Virus record (IMG/VR): IMGVR_UViG_3300035181_000471
Coordinates: 157,218 to 221,217 of that record
Direction: 5' to 3' (one strand)
DNA length: 64,000 nucleotides
The stretch's first letter is position 1, and each line of letters starts with the position of its first letter. Below, one piece after another: positions 30,101 through 40,932 of the stretch. Below the pieces are notes generated by a model that saw only the letters and a program-made list of their open reading frames with translations, was not told the origin of the DNA and did no database searches. A program made the position numbers and the translations under genes.

Positions 30101-31008
30101 CTTCTGGTAATGACTCTTACGATGGATTCACACAAACTACACCTAAGAGAACTATTAAGTCTGCTATGGCTGCACTACCTCCAGTGCTTCAGCATCCCTG
30201 CTACATCTTCTTAGTCTCTACCGCAGTCCCCTACAAGATGAAGTCCCTGAAGTCTCAGCTAGGCGCAGCTAAGCTAGGTGACGGTGAGATCACTCCTATT
30301 AATCGCTACTGCTTGGATAGCATCGCCTTCTCCGTCCAGGACGAAGGACGCCTCTATGTTGGGAGAGAACCTAATGCAACCGACTATGCCATCATTGATG
30401 CAACTGATTTCGTAGCATTCGGTGATGGACCAACCTCGGCCTTCGTAGTTGACAACACTAGAGTTGTATTCAACGGAATCAAGTTCGTTGGGTTCAGAGA
30501 TGCTGCCGTATACGGTGTGTCTTCTTCCATCGAATTGGTTGATTGCTGGTTCAACGGTAACTTGGTTTCCGGTTCGTTCTACAACGGATGCAATGTTACA
30601 GCCTCTCGTTGCAAGATCGACCTCCAGCCCTCAGCAACCGGATTCATTGTATCTAACTCAGATCTTCTCGCCTCCAGCACCGCTCTTACCGCTATCTCCC
30701 CCAAGGTTAACGCCTTCTATGTGGTCGAGAGATCTGGCAGCTTGACCCTATCCAACCACAAACCAACGGAAGAGACTAATCTAGCCATTGATGTGTGGAA
30801 TCCTGACACCTCTCAGTTCGTTACTCAGTATGAAACAGTAGTGCTTGGGAAGTTGAGCAGTTCTGTTATCTGTGAGCAAACTTTCGCTTCGAATGGTGCT
30901 GCCAAGTTGCAGTCCAACTCCACCCTAACCAAGCCAGTAACCGTGACCTCATTTACCGGAGGCGTGTCCACTGATTCTAGTGCTGTGGTCACAACAGATG
31001 TTTCTTAA
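27178..31008 (+). CDS. baseplate/tail-fibre structural protein with C-terminal beta-helix
   Basis: N-terminal SRTLDP...LTDADINLIQD is typical of myophage baseplate/fibre proteins. LYVNNASGNDSYDG...PKRTIKSA is followed by beta-helix-like repeats. Confidence 0.7.
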   Translation: MTKRYPPASVSRTLDPAGRSFTTVVGKHDRRLTDADINLIQDIQDYKNYKKVDNDIFSGMMGYQPFILNPTKENSFTVPAFDVMFNGEVVTIGGNKSSDLKSNLVTLPAPRSRGPINNEEAGLFIVYLELWYRGLDPTTGDGYQVSGSQNFIYPNGCIEADASQLIPDDAIDPFQGLNTTSRSQIQWAIRVTPVSLFYDFSKYRFGLDPGANLAYETIFGRAFLPSPPETSSLTYAFKNMGTINGDYGLWRAGDGEVVPAIPTLDGYTYAMPMAVVFQRNTGLFDQALNPFGCGANVADSSGTLATISGRYDRKFADAIYDSDIVDTRMTVSLQGYDWGKLLNNSFADLVGGDTNLKISRGETPGNLPVAVASRPSYTVAISPTTMANTDNQGVFDGYMNGFGTDDRVYYTTKSFSVSNKAVGINGARWEKGDAIQLDLSELAATTAPVVAYVLTQALVLQIDGSNSFEPVMLLNGQIEVTGIGSRQVVVKILQDLKNTPYDPGLQDLYVTIGVRYGVQVAATGISGYSTVKTPFSIEGGALFDYESLKTLPVFGISDFRTTKNFSAGDLQLVSYNPQYSNKVFGTRAEVIVAAEDGSEDVQPTYTHTTYSIPRLGLAGVYTGLYVVKARDQVSGKSYTVISNEIFDETISVVLNGSIPAHTSVVLSVLLDKTTQMGYNAPVKAITGIKETVIIGNISNSSFETDNRVKIVSKKIVGGNYVILLASNNCVLSGISGDDNNKFLFIEQVQEGEGGPPATSYTSWPIASASFTNAFVTLTVPISANGLSINLDSSKFFLVGAIAPALDPQSSLVFTFDYIPYQGEGETDREYSFIHSDELAHITTNGTGAAPIVGLKDVYPYNRELPMATILPSQPTWDDAELNNQAVSGYFDSNYDAKKFSNVEHTFATPLKTNDFIEPVASWRRKKIKLSTPSGRGFAKAFPHVGFAIRPPAPKAVQGNPVLATTGAIYLYVNNASGNDSYDGFTQTTPKRTIKSAMAALPPVLQHPCYIFLVSTAVPYKMKSLKSQLGAAKLGDGEITPINRYCLDSIAFSVQDEGRLYVGREPNATDYAIIDATDFVAFGDGPTSAFVVDNTRVVFNGIKFVGFRDAAVYGVSSSIELVDCWFNGNLVSGSFYNGCNVTASRCKIDLQPSATGFIVSNSDLLASSTALTAISPKVNAFYVVERSGSLTLSNHKPTEETNLAIDVWNPDTSQFVTQYETVVLGKLSSSVICEQTFASNGAAKLQSNSTLTKPVTVTSFTGGVSTDSSAVVTTDVS

Positions 31009-31046
31009 TTTCTAATTTGCATCCCTTTAGAAGAAGCAGGTAACTA

Positions 31047-34000
31047 ATGGCCTTAACGCTAACCCCCATCATTCTCTCTGAACAAAACAGAGTTTTTCCT
31101 TTAACCTCAGAATCTACAGGGGTTACGATTCGATTAGCCACTGGCAGTTCCGGTGAAATTGGAACTATCAAGGTGGAGGGGTTCGCTCCTCCTATCGCAA
31201 ATCTGGATTGGAGCATCTATCAGAACCCTTCTTGGGTCACTCTAGAGGTAGATTCCTCCGACCCATCCTTGGTCCATCTCCGCTACACCAACGCTACTCC
31301 AAATCCTCAGGGCCTGCACCAATTCTTCGTAAGTGTTAATGATGGAAACTCTATCATTAGGTACCCTATTGCTATTGATGTCAAGAAGCCTTTCTACCTA
31401 TCCGTGTTATCTCCTAGGACTGACACCATTGATCTAAGAGCTTATGACGCCGGAACTGCTGTCACCACTATTAAAGCATACGGTCAGTCTGATAGGGAGA
31501 TTACCTCTGGTGATGTGTGTTTCCTACCTCCTGTCCTTCCTGACGGTTTGGAGTTCCTAACGGGTCTCGGCAATGAGGCAGTAATCCAGGTAGCCCAACC
31601 TTCCGCTTCCGATGCCTCTGGTGGTGTAAAGGTTGTAACTCCTTACTCCCAGGTCATTCAGGTTCAGGCTTACCAGCCTGGATCAATGTATGACATTCCT
31701 AATGATCCTGTCAGAACTTATACAAAGAACATCACCCTCAATGTCAATACCTCGCTACCCGGAACCTTCGGGTCTGCTGTAACTTGCTCTTACGATGACA
31801 CCAACAATTACTTCGTGCTAAAGGCTGTTACTTCCTTTGCGCTAGGCGAACCTAAGGCACTAACCTACGCTTGGTCTGCCACTGGGACCGGAACCGGAGT
31901 AATGACCGGAGCTACCACTGACACAATGCACTTTGCTCCTAATGTTGCCTCGGGAGCCGTCACTTTCCACCTAGATATTAAGGACGCCAATAACGGCAAT
32001 GTGCTTCTACAGCACTACGATATTGGACCCATGAATGTTTGCAACGCTGGATCTGACGGAGCAACCTGGGAGGCTAACAACGCCTTGAAGCTCTGGGCCA
32101 CTGCTCCAGTTGTATCCGGTGCTGCTGGAGAACCTGTGTCTATCACCATCGCTGGTGATCCTGGTGTAGCTAGCGTGGTAGTTTCGTTCTCTGTGTCAGG
32201 AAGTGGAATCACCGCTCCAGGCAACATCACCCTTCTAAACGGTGTACCACAGACCCTCATCCTCAATGTCCCAGGTGGAGCCACCAACAAACAGAAGTGG
32301 ACCCTTACCGCTAATGGAACATCCGGGTCTGCTACTGGGCAAGCTAGGGTTGTTATTGAAAGTGCCGGAACTCCCGCTCTTTTGGTATCCGCCTCTAATT
32401 CTTCTATCGTCCAGGACACCGGGAGCCTAATCAACCCATCCATAATGACTGCCGCTTACCCAACCCTAAGCACGGTTATTCCAGGCGTGGACTTCTATCT
32501 AGTGAACGCTCCTGCTGGGTTGAAGCTAGGGCAGGACGGGGTTATCACTGGTGGATCGCTTTTCAATACAGTAGATGATTCTGCTTTCTCCTTCAAGGTC
32601 ATGGCTGTCAAGCCTGGGTACTCACCTAGCTACTTGAACATGACCCTAGATGTCACTACAAGTGCAACACCTATCGAGTTCAGCAAGTTCTTCTCTTCTG
32701 TCACCAACACCACGGACAATTCCCCATTCACTCTTTCCTGGCGCTACCCTGAGACTACCGCCTCCCTATGGCTTCAGAAGAATGTAGAAGCTCCCGTAGA
32801 GGTTGTTTCCAATGCCTCTGCTACCGTAGTCGGGGACTCACTATTCTCCCTAACCGGAACTAACTTCTACGGAACCGCTTACTCTACACCTTTGGTTGTC
32901 ATCTCCGACACCGCCGCGAATCTGACCAAGCTCCCTTCTGCAAAGACTTCGGCTGTCATCGACATGAATAACAAGATGACAATCAAGTGGAGTCCTGATC
33001 CAATCAATAACCTCTACAATCTCTACAAGGGATGGTCGATCACCTACAAGAAAAATGGTGGGTCTGTTCTAGCTCTACCTAACGCTGACACCATCATCAC
33101 TGGACTAGAGGACGCCACTGGAACTCTCTCTACCAGAGTGTTCTCCTATCAGATGGGTCCAGACAACATCGCTCTATCCATGAAGGCTTTGTCTGCCAAT
33201 CGTGTAGCCATCGGAGATTCCGATGCTTGGAGTCACCTCCTAGACTTCCCACCTGTCCTAACCCCCACCACCTTCACCCTGGACAAGACTACTGCCAAAC
33301 TAGGGGAGCCTGTAACTATCTCTATGGACAGCGGCTACATTGGTGGATCTGCTTGGAGAGTTCGTTACGCAGAGGGTAAGGCTACTGAGTGGCTACCTAC
33401 CTCTTTGAAGACCAGCACTCATGTCTTTACTACTCCTGGACCTCAGACCATCACTATCGAAATCGAGTCTGATTTCTCCGTAGAAAAGCCTCCTGTCTCT
33501 CTACAAAGAACTATGACTCTTTCTCTATTTGTAGAGGATGAGCAGTTCCTAGTCAGCAATGCTAATGCAAGTGTTATAGGTAACATCGGTATAGGTGGAG
33601 CAGAAGGATTTGAAGTCACCGATTCCTCCTCTGGAACCTACAGCAGAGAGCCTTACGAAGTCATCACTAGATCCATTGTTAAGGATGAGCAAACTCAGGA
33701 AGTCAAACTCCTCATCGCCACTTCCAGAAACAACAACGCCTCCTCTGCTCTAGGAACTATGGCTCTCGATGTCTTCCCAATCCAGGGTAGACCTCATATG
33801 AAGAACCTAGTTCTTCCAGCACTAAACCTAAACGGTAACACTGGGCTTGTTTCTTCTGTAAAGATCGTTTCTGAGTCGCTGCCTGACGCCGTAGTCGGAA
33901 AGCCTATGCCTGAAACCCAGCTTCAGGTATCTGGTGGAACTGCACCTTACGACTGGTATTCCAGCAATCTACCTCAGGGTCTAGTCCTCAACACTGACGG

Positions 34001-37000
34001 CACCCTATCTGGAACCCCAATGCTGATGGGTGTTTACACCATTGACTTCTCTGTCAAGGACTCCACTTCTCCTGCATACATCGACAGCAGAACTCTAGTC
34101 TTCTCTGTAAAGAGCGACATCGCAATCAGCGAGGTTTCTGCTCCTACCGCTAAGGTCGGAACTTTCTACTCTCACACCATCGCTTCCTTGGGTGGCCTAG
34201 CCCCATTCTCTTGGAGACTTGCTAACGGTGAGCTACCAATCGGTCTAAGCATCGAACCTTCTTCTGGTAAGATCCTAGGTCTACCCTGCACCTACAATTC
34301 TACTACTGACTTCACAAAGAACTTCCTCTTCACTCCTGAAGTTACTGACTCCATTGGAGCAAAGGCATCCAAGCAACTCTATATGTCTCTAGCCCCTGCC
34401 GATCTAACACTAGGTAGCATGGATCAGTCGATCATCTACAAGGATGAGGATGCCAAGTTTGCCATCCCTGTTTACGGTGGACAATCCCCTTACCATCTCG
34501 CTTCCTTCACCTCTGATGGAACAATTGGTAGTGATCTGACCCTCAAGACTCCTGAAGTCATTAACGCTGTATCCGAACTAACTCCTAGTCTCCTAGTGAT
34601 CACCACTGGGGACCAGATCTTCAACCCACAGGGAACTCCTGTAGCTGGTGTCTACCCAACTCCTTACAATGTTTCGTTCTCCGTAGATGTTGCTGGTGGA
34701 GTCCCAGGTTACAGACTTTCTATTGACACTTCCAACCCTAGCTTAAACACTCTACCTAACGCTGATATCATCGGTAATGTGGTAACTGGAACTGTCACCG
34801 CAGATGGTCACTACACTGTGAACATCAAGGTTGTGGATTCTGATGGATTCGGAGTCTCTTACTCCAAGGTTATCAGAGTAACCACCAACGACAACAGCAC
34901 TGAAGCCTACTCCACCACTCTTGAGTTTGTAGGTGTAAAGAAGAACGGTTCTAACAACACTGCCACCTGGACCTTCAGAAAACTATCCGCTCTACCCAAC
35001 ATCCTGAAGGATGTCCCCTACAAGAACCTCGCTGACACCGCTGAATTCTATGGTCTAGCCCTCTGGGACAACGATCTAAATCAGCCAGCACAGGCTCTAG
35101 CTCTCCCAATCACCGCTGGTAAGCTAAGCACCTCCGTACAGGGTGGTGCAGAGGGTCAGTATGCCGCTCTAGGTATCTCAGCTTTTACACCTTCTTGGAC
35201 CATCACCACTGAAGGAACTGGCGTATTCAATGTCGCTGGGTCTCTACCAATCGGCTACGGAACCTCTGGAACTGCCTCTGGACCTTACGCATTCTTCCTC
35301 TTTGCAGACAGCACCGCAGGGGCAGGAATCCCAGTCATAAACCAGAAGATCTCCAAGGTCACTGACCCTACCTTCGGAATCCTAAGCGACTACCAGATTG
35401 GAACCATCACCCTCTACTCTGTAACTGGTGACCCTCTCTACTCTAAGTCCATGTTCATCTACTGCTCTGACTCTGGAGACAACACTACTTCTACTCCTGT
35501 AGTCGAGGTCACTTCTACCAGAACTCAAACCATTGAAGGCGACATCTACGATCCTCTCTCTGCCACCTACAATAGCTCTGAGGCTCGTCACTTTGAGTAT
35601 CCACTAACTGCCGCCTCTGGTGCCGCTCCCTATGTCTTCACCGTTAAAGATGGTTCCACCCTACCTGGAGCTTCAATCGGCGTAGCTAACGGGGTTCCTA
35701 CACTAATGGTCCCCAGCACTTCACCAATATACACTGGAACCACCTCAGCCTCTTATGTGGCTTATGTAGCCGCTACAGATAAGAATGGCATTGTGTCTCA
35801 GACAGCCACCATCAATGTCAACTATGTCCCCAAGACCGCCTCTACTAACCCAGTTCAGATTGTGGGTGTCACCTATCTCCAGGACATCGCAGTCACCGAT
35901 CCGACCTTCCGTGGTTATACTGGTGCCGATCTAGGTGTTCTAGACATGATGATGTGGGCTAACCAGGATGTCACTTGGAGCCTACCTCCTTCCGAGAAGG
36001 CAGATCACGAATCTCATGGAATCGTGTTCATCACCAAGCCTGACAACTCCTTCCAGATTGCTGGAACTCCCAATGTTGCTCAGAGATACATTTTCAATGT
36101 CACCGCAACCGCTGTGGGCGCTGGGTCTGATACTCGCGTGGTCTACCTAGACATCGTTGATCCTATCGTCACTATCCAAGGACCAACCTCTCCTCTAACC
36201 CTAAACGCCAAGTATAACTATGCCACCAACCACTCTGTAATGAAGGTGAGCATCGAAGGGTACAAGGTCGGAACTTGCCCTGTGGTTCTAGTCACTAACT
36301 TGGGAACCTTGAACCCCGTTCCAACCAATGTCAACATTACCAGTGACATGGGAATGGGTCATCTCGGAAACCCTGCTTACGCTCAGAAATGGGATGCCTA
36401 CTATGACTTCTCTACCACCGTATCCGGTGCTGGAGTTCTAACCACTACTGGTGGGGTTGCAACCACTCCTTACCCCTTCTCTGCTGCCGCTACAACTCTC
36501 GTGGCAAAGGGAATTGTCCAGCCTGTAGTCCATGTGTCTGAATACGCTACCACCTTCCTACCTGCTCCTCCTCTCACCATCACTGGCGGAACTGCACCTT
36601 ACACCTACACCGTATCCTCCATTTCAAACCCAACTAACTTCACTATCTCAGGTGGGCAGCTTGCCATGCTAATGAATAGCGTATCTCCGACTAACCAGCC
36701 TGGAGCTTGTGATGTCACCTACACCGTAACCGATAGCTCTACTCCTACTCAGACTGTTGTCTCTACCGCAGGAAATGTCAGTGTCATCGTAGATGCTGAA
36801 AGCTACATCTCTGCTGCCTTCCCCACAAAGGAATGGGTCTACACCGCAGGAGCATCCACCTTCCCACTCTATCAGGTCATCCAACCTAAGTTGGGTCACA
36901 AGCCTTATCAGTGGACCATCACTAGCGTTGATTTCTCTGCTATTAGCGGGGGCATGACCGGACTAGTCCACAAGTCTAGCACCAACAGCATTCTATCCAT

Positions 37001-37232
37001 CAACACCAGCACTTCGGACTATAGCATCAAGGACTTCACCAGCACCGATGTTCTATACGAAACCACTCCTGGAACTTGGGTAGCCACTCCAACTGGATTG
37101 CTATACTCCCACGCTTGGTCCTCTATCGTCCCAACCCCAGGCCGCTATGTAATCCCCATTGGCGTCACCATCACCGATGCCAAGGGAATCTCAGTCGCCG
37201 GAACCACTTCTGTTACCCTGATTGTTCCTTAA
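31047..37232 (+). CDS. giant Ig-like (putative Ig/He_PIG, PKD) repeat virion fibre protein
   Basis: 2061 aa with repeated GGxAPYxW...LPxGLxL...G.LSGTP units and a PKD-like STHVFTTPG. Confidence 0.75.
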   Translation: MALTLTPIILSEQNRVFPLTSESTGVTIRLATGSSGEIGTIKVEGFAPPIANLDWSIYQNPSWVTLEVDSSDPSLVHLRYTNATPNPQGLHQFFVSVNDGNSIIRYPIAIDVKKPFYLSVLSPRTDTIDLRAYDAGTAVTTIKAYGQSDREITSGDVCFLPPVLPDGLEFLTGLGNEAVIQVAQPSASDASGGVKVVTPYSQVIQVQAYQPGSMYDIPNDPVRTYTKNITLNVNTSLPGTFGSAVTCSYDDTNNYFVLKAVTSFALGEPKALTYAWSATGTGTGVMTGATTDTMHFAPNVASGAVTFHLDIKDANNGNVLLQHYDIGPMNVCNAGSDGATWEANNALKLWATAPVVSGAAGEPVSITIAGDPGVASVVVSFSVSGSGITAPGNITLLNGVPQTLILNVPGGATNKQKWTLTANGTSGSATGQARVVIESAGTPALLVSASNSSIVQDTGSLINPSIMTAAYPTLSTVIPGVDFYLVNAPAGLKLGQDGVITGGSLFNTVDDSAFSFKVMAVKPGYSPSYLNMTLDVTTSATPIEFSKFFSSVTNTTDNSPFTLSWRYPETTASLWLQKNVEAPVEVVSNASATVVGDSLFSLTGTNFYGTAYSTPLVVISDTAANLTKLPSAKTSAVIDMNNKMTIKWSPDPINNLYNLYKGWSITYKKNGGSVLALPNADTIITGLEDATGTLSTRVFSYQMGPDNIALSMKALSANRVAIGDSDAWSHLLDFPPVLTPTTFTLDKTTAKLGEPVTISMDSGYIGGSAWRVRYAEGKATEWLPTSLKTSTHVFTTPGPQTITIEIESDFSVEKPPVSLQRTMTLSLFVEDEQFLVSNANASVIGNIGIGGAEGFEVTDSSSGTYSREPYEVITRSIVKDEQTQEVKLLIATSRNNNASSALGTMALDVFPIQGRPHMKNLVLPALNLNGNTGLVSSVKIVSESLPDAVVGKPMPETQLQVSGGTAPYDWYSSNLPQGLVLNTDGTLSGTPMLMGVYTIDFSVKDSTSPAYIDSRTLVFSVKSDIAISEVSAPTAKVGTFYSHTIASLGGLAPFSWRLANGELPIGLSIEPSSGKILGLPCTYNSTTDFTKNFLFTPEVTDSIGAKASKQLYMSLAPADLTLGSMDQSIIYKDEDAKFAIPVYGGQSPYHLASFTSDGTIGSDLTLKTPEVINAVSELTPSLLVITTGDQIFNPQGTPVAGVYPTPYNVSFSVDVAGGVPGYRLSIDTSNPSLNTLPNADIIGNVVTGTVTADGHYTVNIKVVDSDGFGVSYSKVIRVTTNDNSTEAYSTTLEFVGVKKNGSNNTATWTFRKLSALPNILKDVPYKNLADTAEFYGLALWDNDLNQPAQALALPITAGKLSTSVQGGAEGQYAALGISAFTPSWTITTEGTGVFNVAGSLPIGYGTSGTASGPYAFFLFADSTAGAGIPVINQKISKVTDPTFGILSDYQIGTITLYSVTGDPLYSKSMFIYCSDSGDNTTSTPVVEVTSTRTQTIEGDIYDPLSATYNSSEARHFEYPLTAASGAAPYVFTVKDGSTLPGASIGVANGVPTLMVPSTSPIYTGTTSASYVAYVAATDKNGIVSQTATINVNYVPKTASTNPVQIVGVTYLQDIAVTDPTFRGYTGADLGVLDMMMWANQDVTWSLPPSEKADHESHGIVFITKPDNSFQIAGTPNVAQRYIFNVTATAVGAGSDTRVVYLDIVDPIVTIQGPTSPLTLNAKYNYATNHSVMKVSIEGYKVGTCPVVLVTNLGTLNPVPTNVNITSDMGMGHLGNPAYAQKWDAYYDFSTTVSGAGVLTTTGGVATTPYPFSAAATTLVAKGIVQPVVHVSEYATTFLPAPPLTITGGTAPYTYTVSSISNPTNFTISGGQLAMLMNSVSPTNQPGACDVTYTVTDSSTPTQTVVSTAGNVSVIVDAESYISAAFPTKEWVYTAGASTFPLYQVIQPKLGHKPYQWTITSVDFSAISGGMTGLVHKSSTNSILSINTSTSDYSIKDFTSTDVLYETTPGTWVATPTGLLYSHAWSSIVPTPGRYVIPIGVTITDAKGISVAGTTSVTLIVP

Positions 37233-37272
37233 TAAAATAATCAGGTTTCTGCTCCTATATTGAGGATCATAG

Positions 37273-40200
37273 ATGGCCGCTCAAACTATTAAACTTGTAA
37301 CCACCGGGGGCCAAGCCCCCTACACTTATTCTATCATTCATGATAACCTAACTACTCTCCCTTTGCCTTCCTATCCTCAGCCTGGAAATGCTAGTTACGC
37401 TACAGTTAGCTTCAATATGGGTAGCTCTGAAATCGTAGTTGACGCCACCAATGTCAACCCCGGAACCTACAAGCTCCACCTAAATATCACTGACTCCACA
37501 ACCCCTGTAGCCAAGATCACTACCAAAGTTATCACCATCAAGGTCTTGAACATTACCAAATTTGCCATCCTAAACGAATCTGAATCAGTCATTCCAGGTA
37601 GCTTCCCCTACCAAGGCTATGTCTTCCTAGAAGCCTCTGGAGCCACTGGAGCCGTGACTTGGAGCATTATTGATTCCATGACCACCCTCCCTGGAGCCGC
37701 AATCACCACTGACGGTTTCGGTAATTTAGTAGTGGCCTACTCAACTAGCCAGTATGGTGACTTCACTTTAGGACTCCAGGCTAAGGACAGTTTCAAGACC
37801 GTAACTCGCACCCTCACTATTAGTGTGATCGCTCCATCTGCCTACAAGTTAGTAGACGGTCAGGTCGAAGTAGTTTTTAGTGACGCAGGATACACCGAAG
37901 GAACTCACACCTTCAGTGTCAATGTAACTGACTCTCAATCCTCTCCCGCCTCCACCGCTCGCTCCTTCGAATACCTACTTCAGCCAGCTATCTCTACAAT
38001 CCATGTCCCCCAATCCTTCGTAAAATACTGGCACATGGACGATACCAATGAGGTCTATTTCCCCATCACTGGAACCTTATCAGGGCTTTCCATCAAGGAT
38101 TCTAGCGGAACCTTCTCCAATGGAGTGACCTATAGCGTAGAGGGTGCCGCCAGAAGAATCAAGTTCTCAGGGCCTCCAACTGTAGCCGAGAACTCCCAGC
38201 TTGTCATCCCAATTAACTTGCAGTTTAGTAACACTATCGTTGCCTCTGTGTCCAAAACTTTCACAGTGCCAGCTTTCGATGGTGCCTATGACGAGTCATC
38301 TATCTCCAGCAGTTGCTACACTAGACCTCTAGTGTCGGGTGAGTTCTTCTCTCTAAACCCCCAGAAACCTTACTACAACTCCCCCAGCATTGAGCGTCAC
38401 ACTTGGACCGCCAGAGTAGCGTCTGGGAACACCCTCCCTCAGGGCTTGAGCTTGGATGCCAACACCGGACTTATCTACGGAAAGCTTCTAGCTACGACTC
38501 CTCAGACTACATCTATCGAGTTCGTGGACCCCAACACAAAGCTCGTTAAGGGAATCATTGTCATTCACTTTGACATCGTAGCTTACGATTTCTCCTTGGT
38601 TGAAACCCTCTCGGCGGGTGCCGTGTCTTTCCCCTACACCGGATTGATCTCCACCACCTCTAATTCCGATCTGCTAGACGCCACTCTTTACTCTGGCACT
38701 CTCCCAAGTGGCCTAACCTTGGGCGTGTCAAGAACTCTAGCAACTGGTATTCTAACTTTCAACCACACACTATCCACTATCGCTAGAGCGGGTGGAAGTT
38801 GGGTTGATGATGCCGTTCACATTGGTAGCCAGCTTGTGTTCTCTGGCTTCACTACCACCGCAAACAACAAAACCTTCACCGTTACAGATGTCACTCCCTC
38901 CACTATTACCGTAGCTGAAAATGTTACCCTAGCTACTGAAACTGGTGTGGTTACTGCTAAGACTAAGGCTGTTATCTCTGGAACTCCAACTGAGTCCGGT
39001 CACTTCGACCTCTGGATTAAGGTGAGAAATGTGGATGGTAAAATCGGGCTCCTATACAAGAGGTTTGAAGTATCCTACTCCACTCCGCTCTCGGTTATCA
39101 CCACCTCACTCCCAACTCTAACCAATCAGCCTTATGCTGGAGTTCTAAGCGCAGTAGGTGGAACTGGCGTGTTCACTTGGAGCCTAAATTCCGGCTCCCC
39201 CGCACTCCCCGCTGGCATTACCCTATCCTCTTCAGGACTCCTAAGCGGAACTTACGCAGGGTCATCCTACAACCAGAACATCGTAGTGAAAGTTGTGGAC
39301 TCTAAGGGTGCATCGGCTACCGCCACTTTGAACTTCGCATTCAGCAACACTCTATCGGTCTCTACCGCAAGCATCCCCAAGATCATTCGTGGAGAGTACT
39401 ACTCTTTCACCTTGAAGGCATACGGCGGAACCGGAACCTACTCTAACTGGACTGTCACCGCTGGTGGGAGCTTACCATCAGGCATCACCTTAAACTCCGC
39501 TGGCGTCCTAAGCGGATTCGTAGCTACTGGAACTGCTTACACTCCAGCCAACTTGACTTTCACCGTTACCGACTCCTCTGCCGCCACCTCCAATAAGGTT
39601 CTAGCAGTAGGTGTGGCTGACGCCGCATCTGTTCTAGCTATTGACACTTCGGGAATCGGGGTGATCAGCAAGGGTAGCAACTATCAAGGTGTCATGAAGG
39701 TTTCCATCGGAGCCTCCACCGCTGTCGGCCCTTTCCACTGGGAAATCGCTCCTGGATCGCCTAACCAGCTTCCCACTGGCTTAGTTCTATCTGCCAACAC
39801 CACTGACTCCGGCATGACTGCCTTCATCTCTGGAAAGTGCATCTTAGCCCTAAGCAACTACTCGGTAAAAATCAGAGTAGTTGATGCAAATGGTCTATCT
39901 GCCACCACTTACATTCTTCTTTCCTCTGTTCCAAGTGTCACTATCTCCACCAAGGCACTATCTCAGGGTAAGGTAACTGAGGCATACACTCAGACCATTC
40001 TAGGTGACAGCGCCAATCTACCGATCACCTTCAGCCTAGACACCCCTCCTACCCTTCCAGCAGGTATGTCATTCAACTCCTCTGGAGTCCTATCTGGGAC
40101 ACCCTCTGGTGTGTATAACAACACCATCAATGTGAGACTCACCGATGCTCTCAATGACTATGTTGTTAAGCCTCTCCTCCTAGTTGTGAAGAACTCTAAT

Positions 40201-40923
40201 CTAGTCCTAACCACCACAAGCATCCCCACCATTTCAAGCGGCAAAGATTGGTCATACACTCTAACCGCCACTGGTAGCGCCGGAGGCTTTAAGTGGAGTA
40301 TCTCTCCTGATTCTACCGTTGGGTTACCTTCCAATGTGCAGTTGAATGAAACAACTGGTGTACTTTCCACTACTGGAACGAACTCTCTAGGAGTTCGTTC
40401 CATTATCTTCAGAGTCACAGACGCAGACGGAACTCACACCGACAAGGCCCTCTCTATGACTGTGGTTGCCAGCCAAGCCATCACCGCTGGACCTGACTAC
40501 ATCAACGGAACCACTCATGGCTATCTCGGTTATGTGAGACAGGACATCGCTTCCTTAACTTCTCAGATTCTACCTAGAAGCTCTAAGTCCTTCTACGCAA
40601 TTCTAACCAATTTTGCATCCACTTCCTTGACCCAGATTTCAGTATCAACTTCAGACCCAGCAGTCACCGCTGTAGCCGAAGCCATGACTGCTTCCGAGGT
40701 TCTAATTAACATCACTCAAGTCCCTGCCAGCACTCTAGGGGACAACACCTTCACCCTCACAATTGTTGATAATGCCACACCAATATCAGCAGTTTTGAAG
40801 TATAAAGTAATTGAAGGAAGAGATGTTAAGGTAACTCTACTAGATGGGTCTACACTTCCTGTCCAGTCCTTCACAGCCGAAGGTTGGATTGGAAGACCCC
40901 AGCCCTCACCAACCACCGCATAA
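37273..40923 (+). CDS. putative-Ig (He_PIG) repeat virion fibre protein
   Basis: 1216 aa with many LPxG[LI][TS]L...G.LSG repeats. Confidence 0.78.
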   Translation: MAAQTIKLVTTGGQAPYTYSIIHDNLTTLPLPSYPQPGNASYATVSFNMGSSEIVVDATNVNPGTYKLHLNITDSTTPVAKITTKVITIKVLNITKFAILNESESVIPGSFPYQGYVFLEASGATGAVTWSIIDSMTTLPGAAITTDGFGNLVVAYSTSQYGDFTLGLQAKDSFKTVTRTLTISVIAPSAYKLVDGQVEVVFSDAGYTEGTHTFSVNVTDSQSSPASTARSFEYLLQPAISTIHVPQSFVKYWHMDDTNEVYFPITGTLSGLSIKDSSGTFSNGVTYSVEGAARRIKFSGPPTVAENSQLVIPINLQFSNTIVASVSKTFTVPAFDGAYDESSISSSCYTRPLVSGEFFSLNPQKPYYNSPSIERHTWTARVASGNTLPQGLSLDANTGLIYGKLLATTPQTTSIEFVDPNTKLVKGIIVIHFDIVAYDFSLVETLSAGAVSFPYTGLISTTSNSDLLDATLYSGTLPSGLTLGVSRTLATGILTFNHTLSTIARAGGSWVDDAVHIGSQLVFSGFTTTANNKTFTVTDVTPSTITVAENVTLATETGVVTAKTKAVISGTPTESGHFDLWIKVRNVDGKIGLLYKRFEVSYSTPLSVITTSLPTLTNQPYAGVLSAVGGTGVFTWSLNSGSPALPAGITLSSSGLLSGTYAGSSYNQNIVVKVVDSKGASATATLNFAFSNTLSVSTASIPKIIRGEYYSFTLKAYGGTGTYSNWTVTAGGSLPSGITLNSAGVLSGFVATGTAYTPANLTFTVTDSSAATSNKVLAVGVADAASVLAIDTSGIGVISKGSNYQGVMKVSIGASTAVGPFHWEIAPGSPNQLPTGLVLSANTTDSGMTAFISGKCILALSNYSVKIRVVDANGLSATTYILLSSVPSVTISTKALSQGKVTEAYTQTILGDSANLPITFSLDTPPTLPAGMSFNSSGVLSGTPSGVYNNTINVRLTDALNDYVVKPLLLVVKNSNLVLTTTSIPTISSGKDWSYTLTATGSAGGFKWSISPDSTVGLPSNVQLNETTGVLSTTGTNSLGVRSIIFRVTDADGTHTDKALSMTVVASQAITAGPDYINGTTHGYLGYVRQDIASLTSQILPRSSKSFYAILTNFASTSLTQISVSTSDPAVTAVAEAMTASEVLINITQVPASTLGDNTFTLTIVDNATPISAVLKYKVIEGRDVKVTLLDGSTLPVQSFTAEGWIGRPQPSPTTA

Positions 40924-40932
40924 AGGTAAATC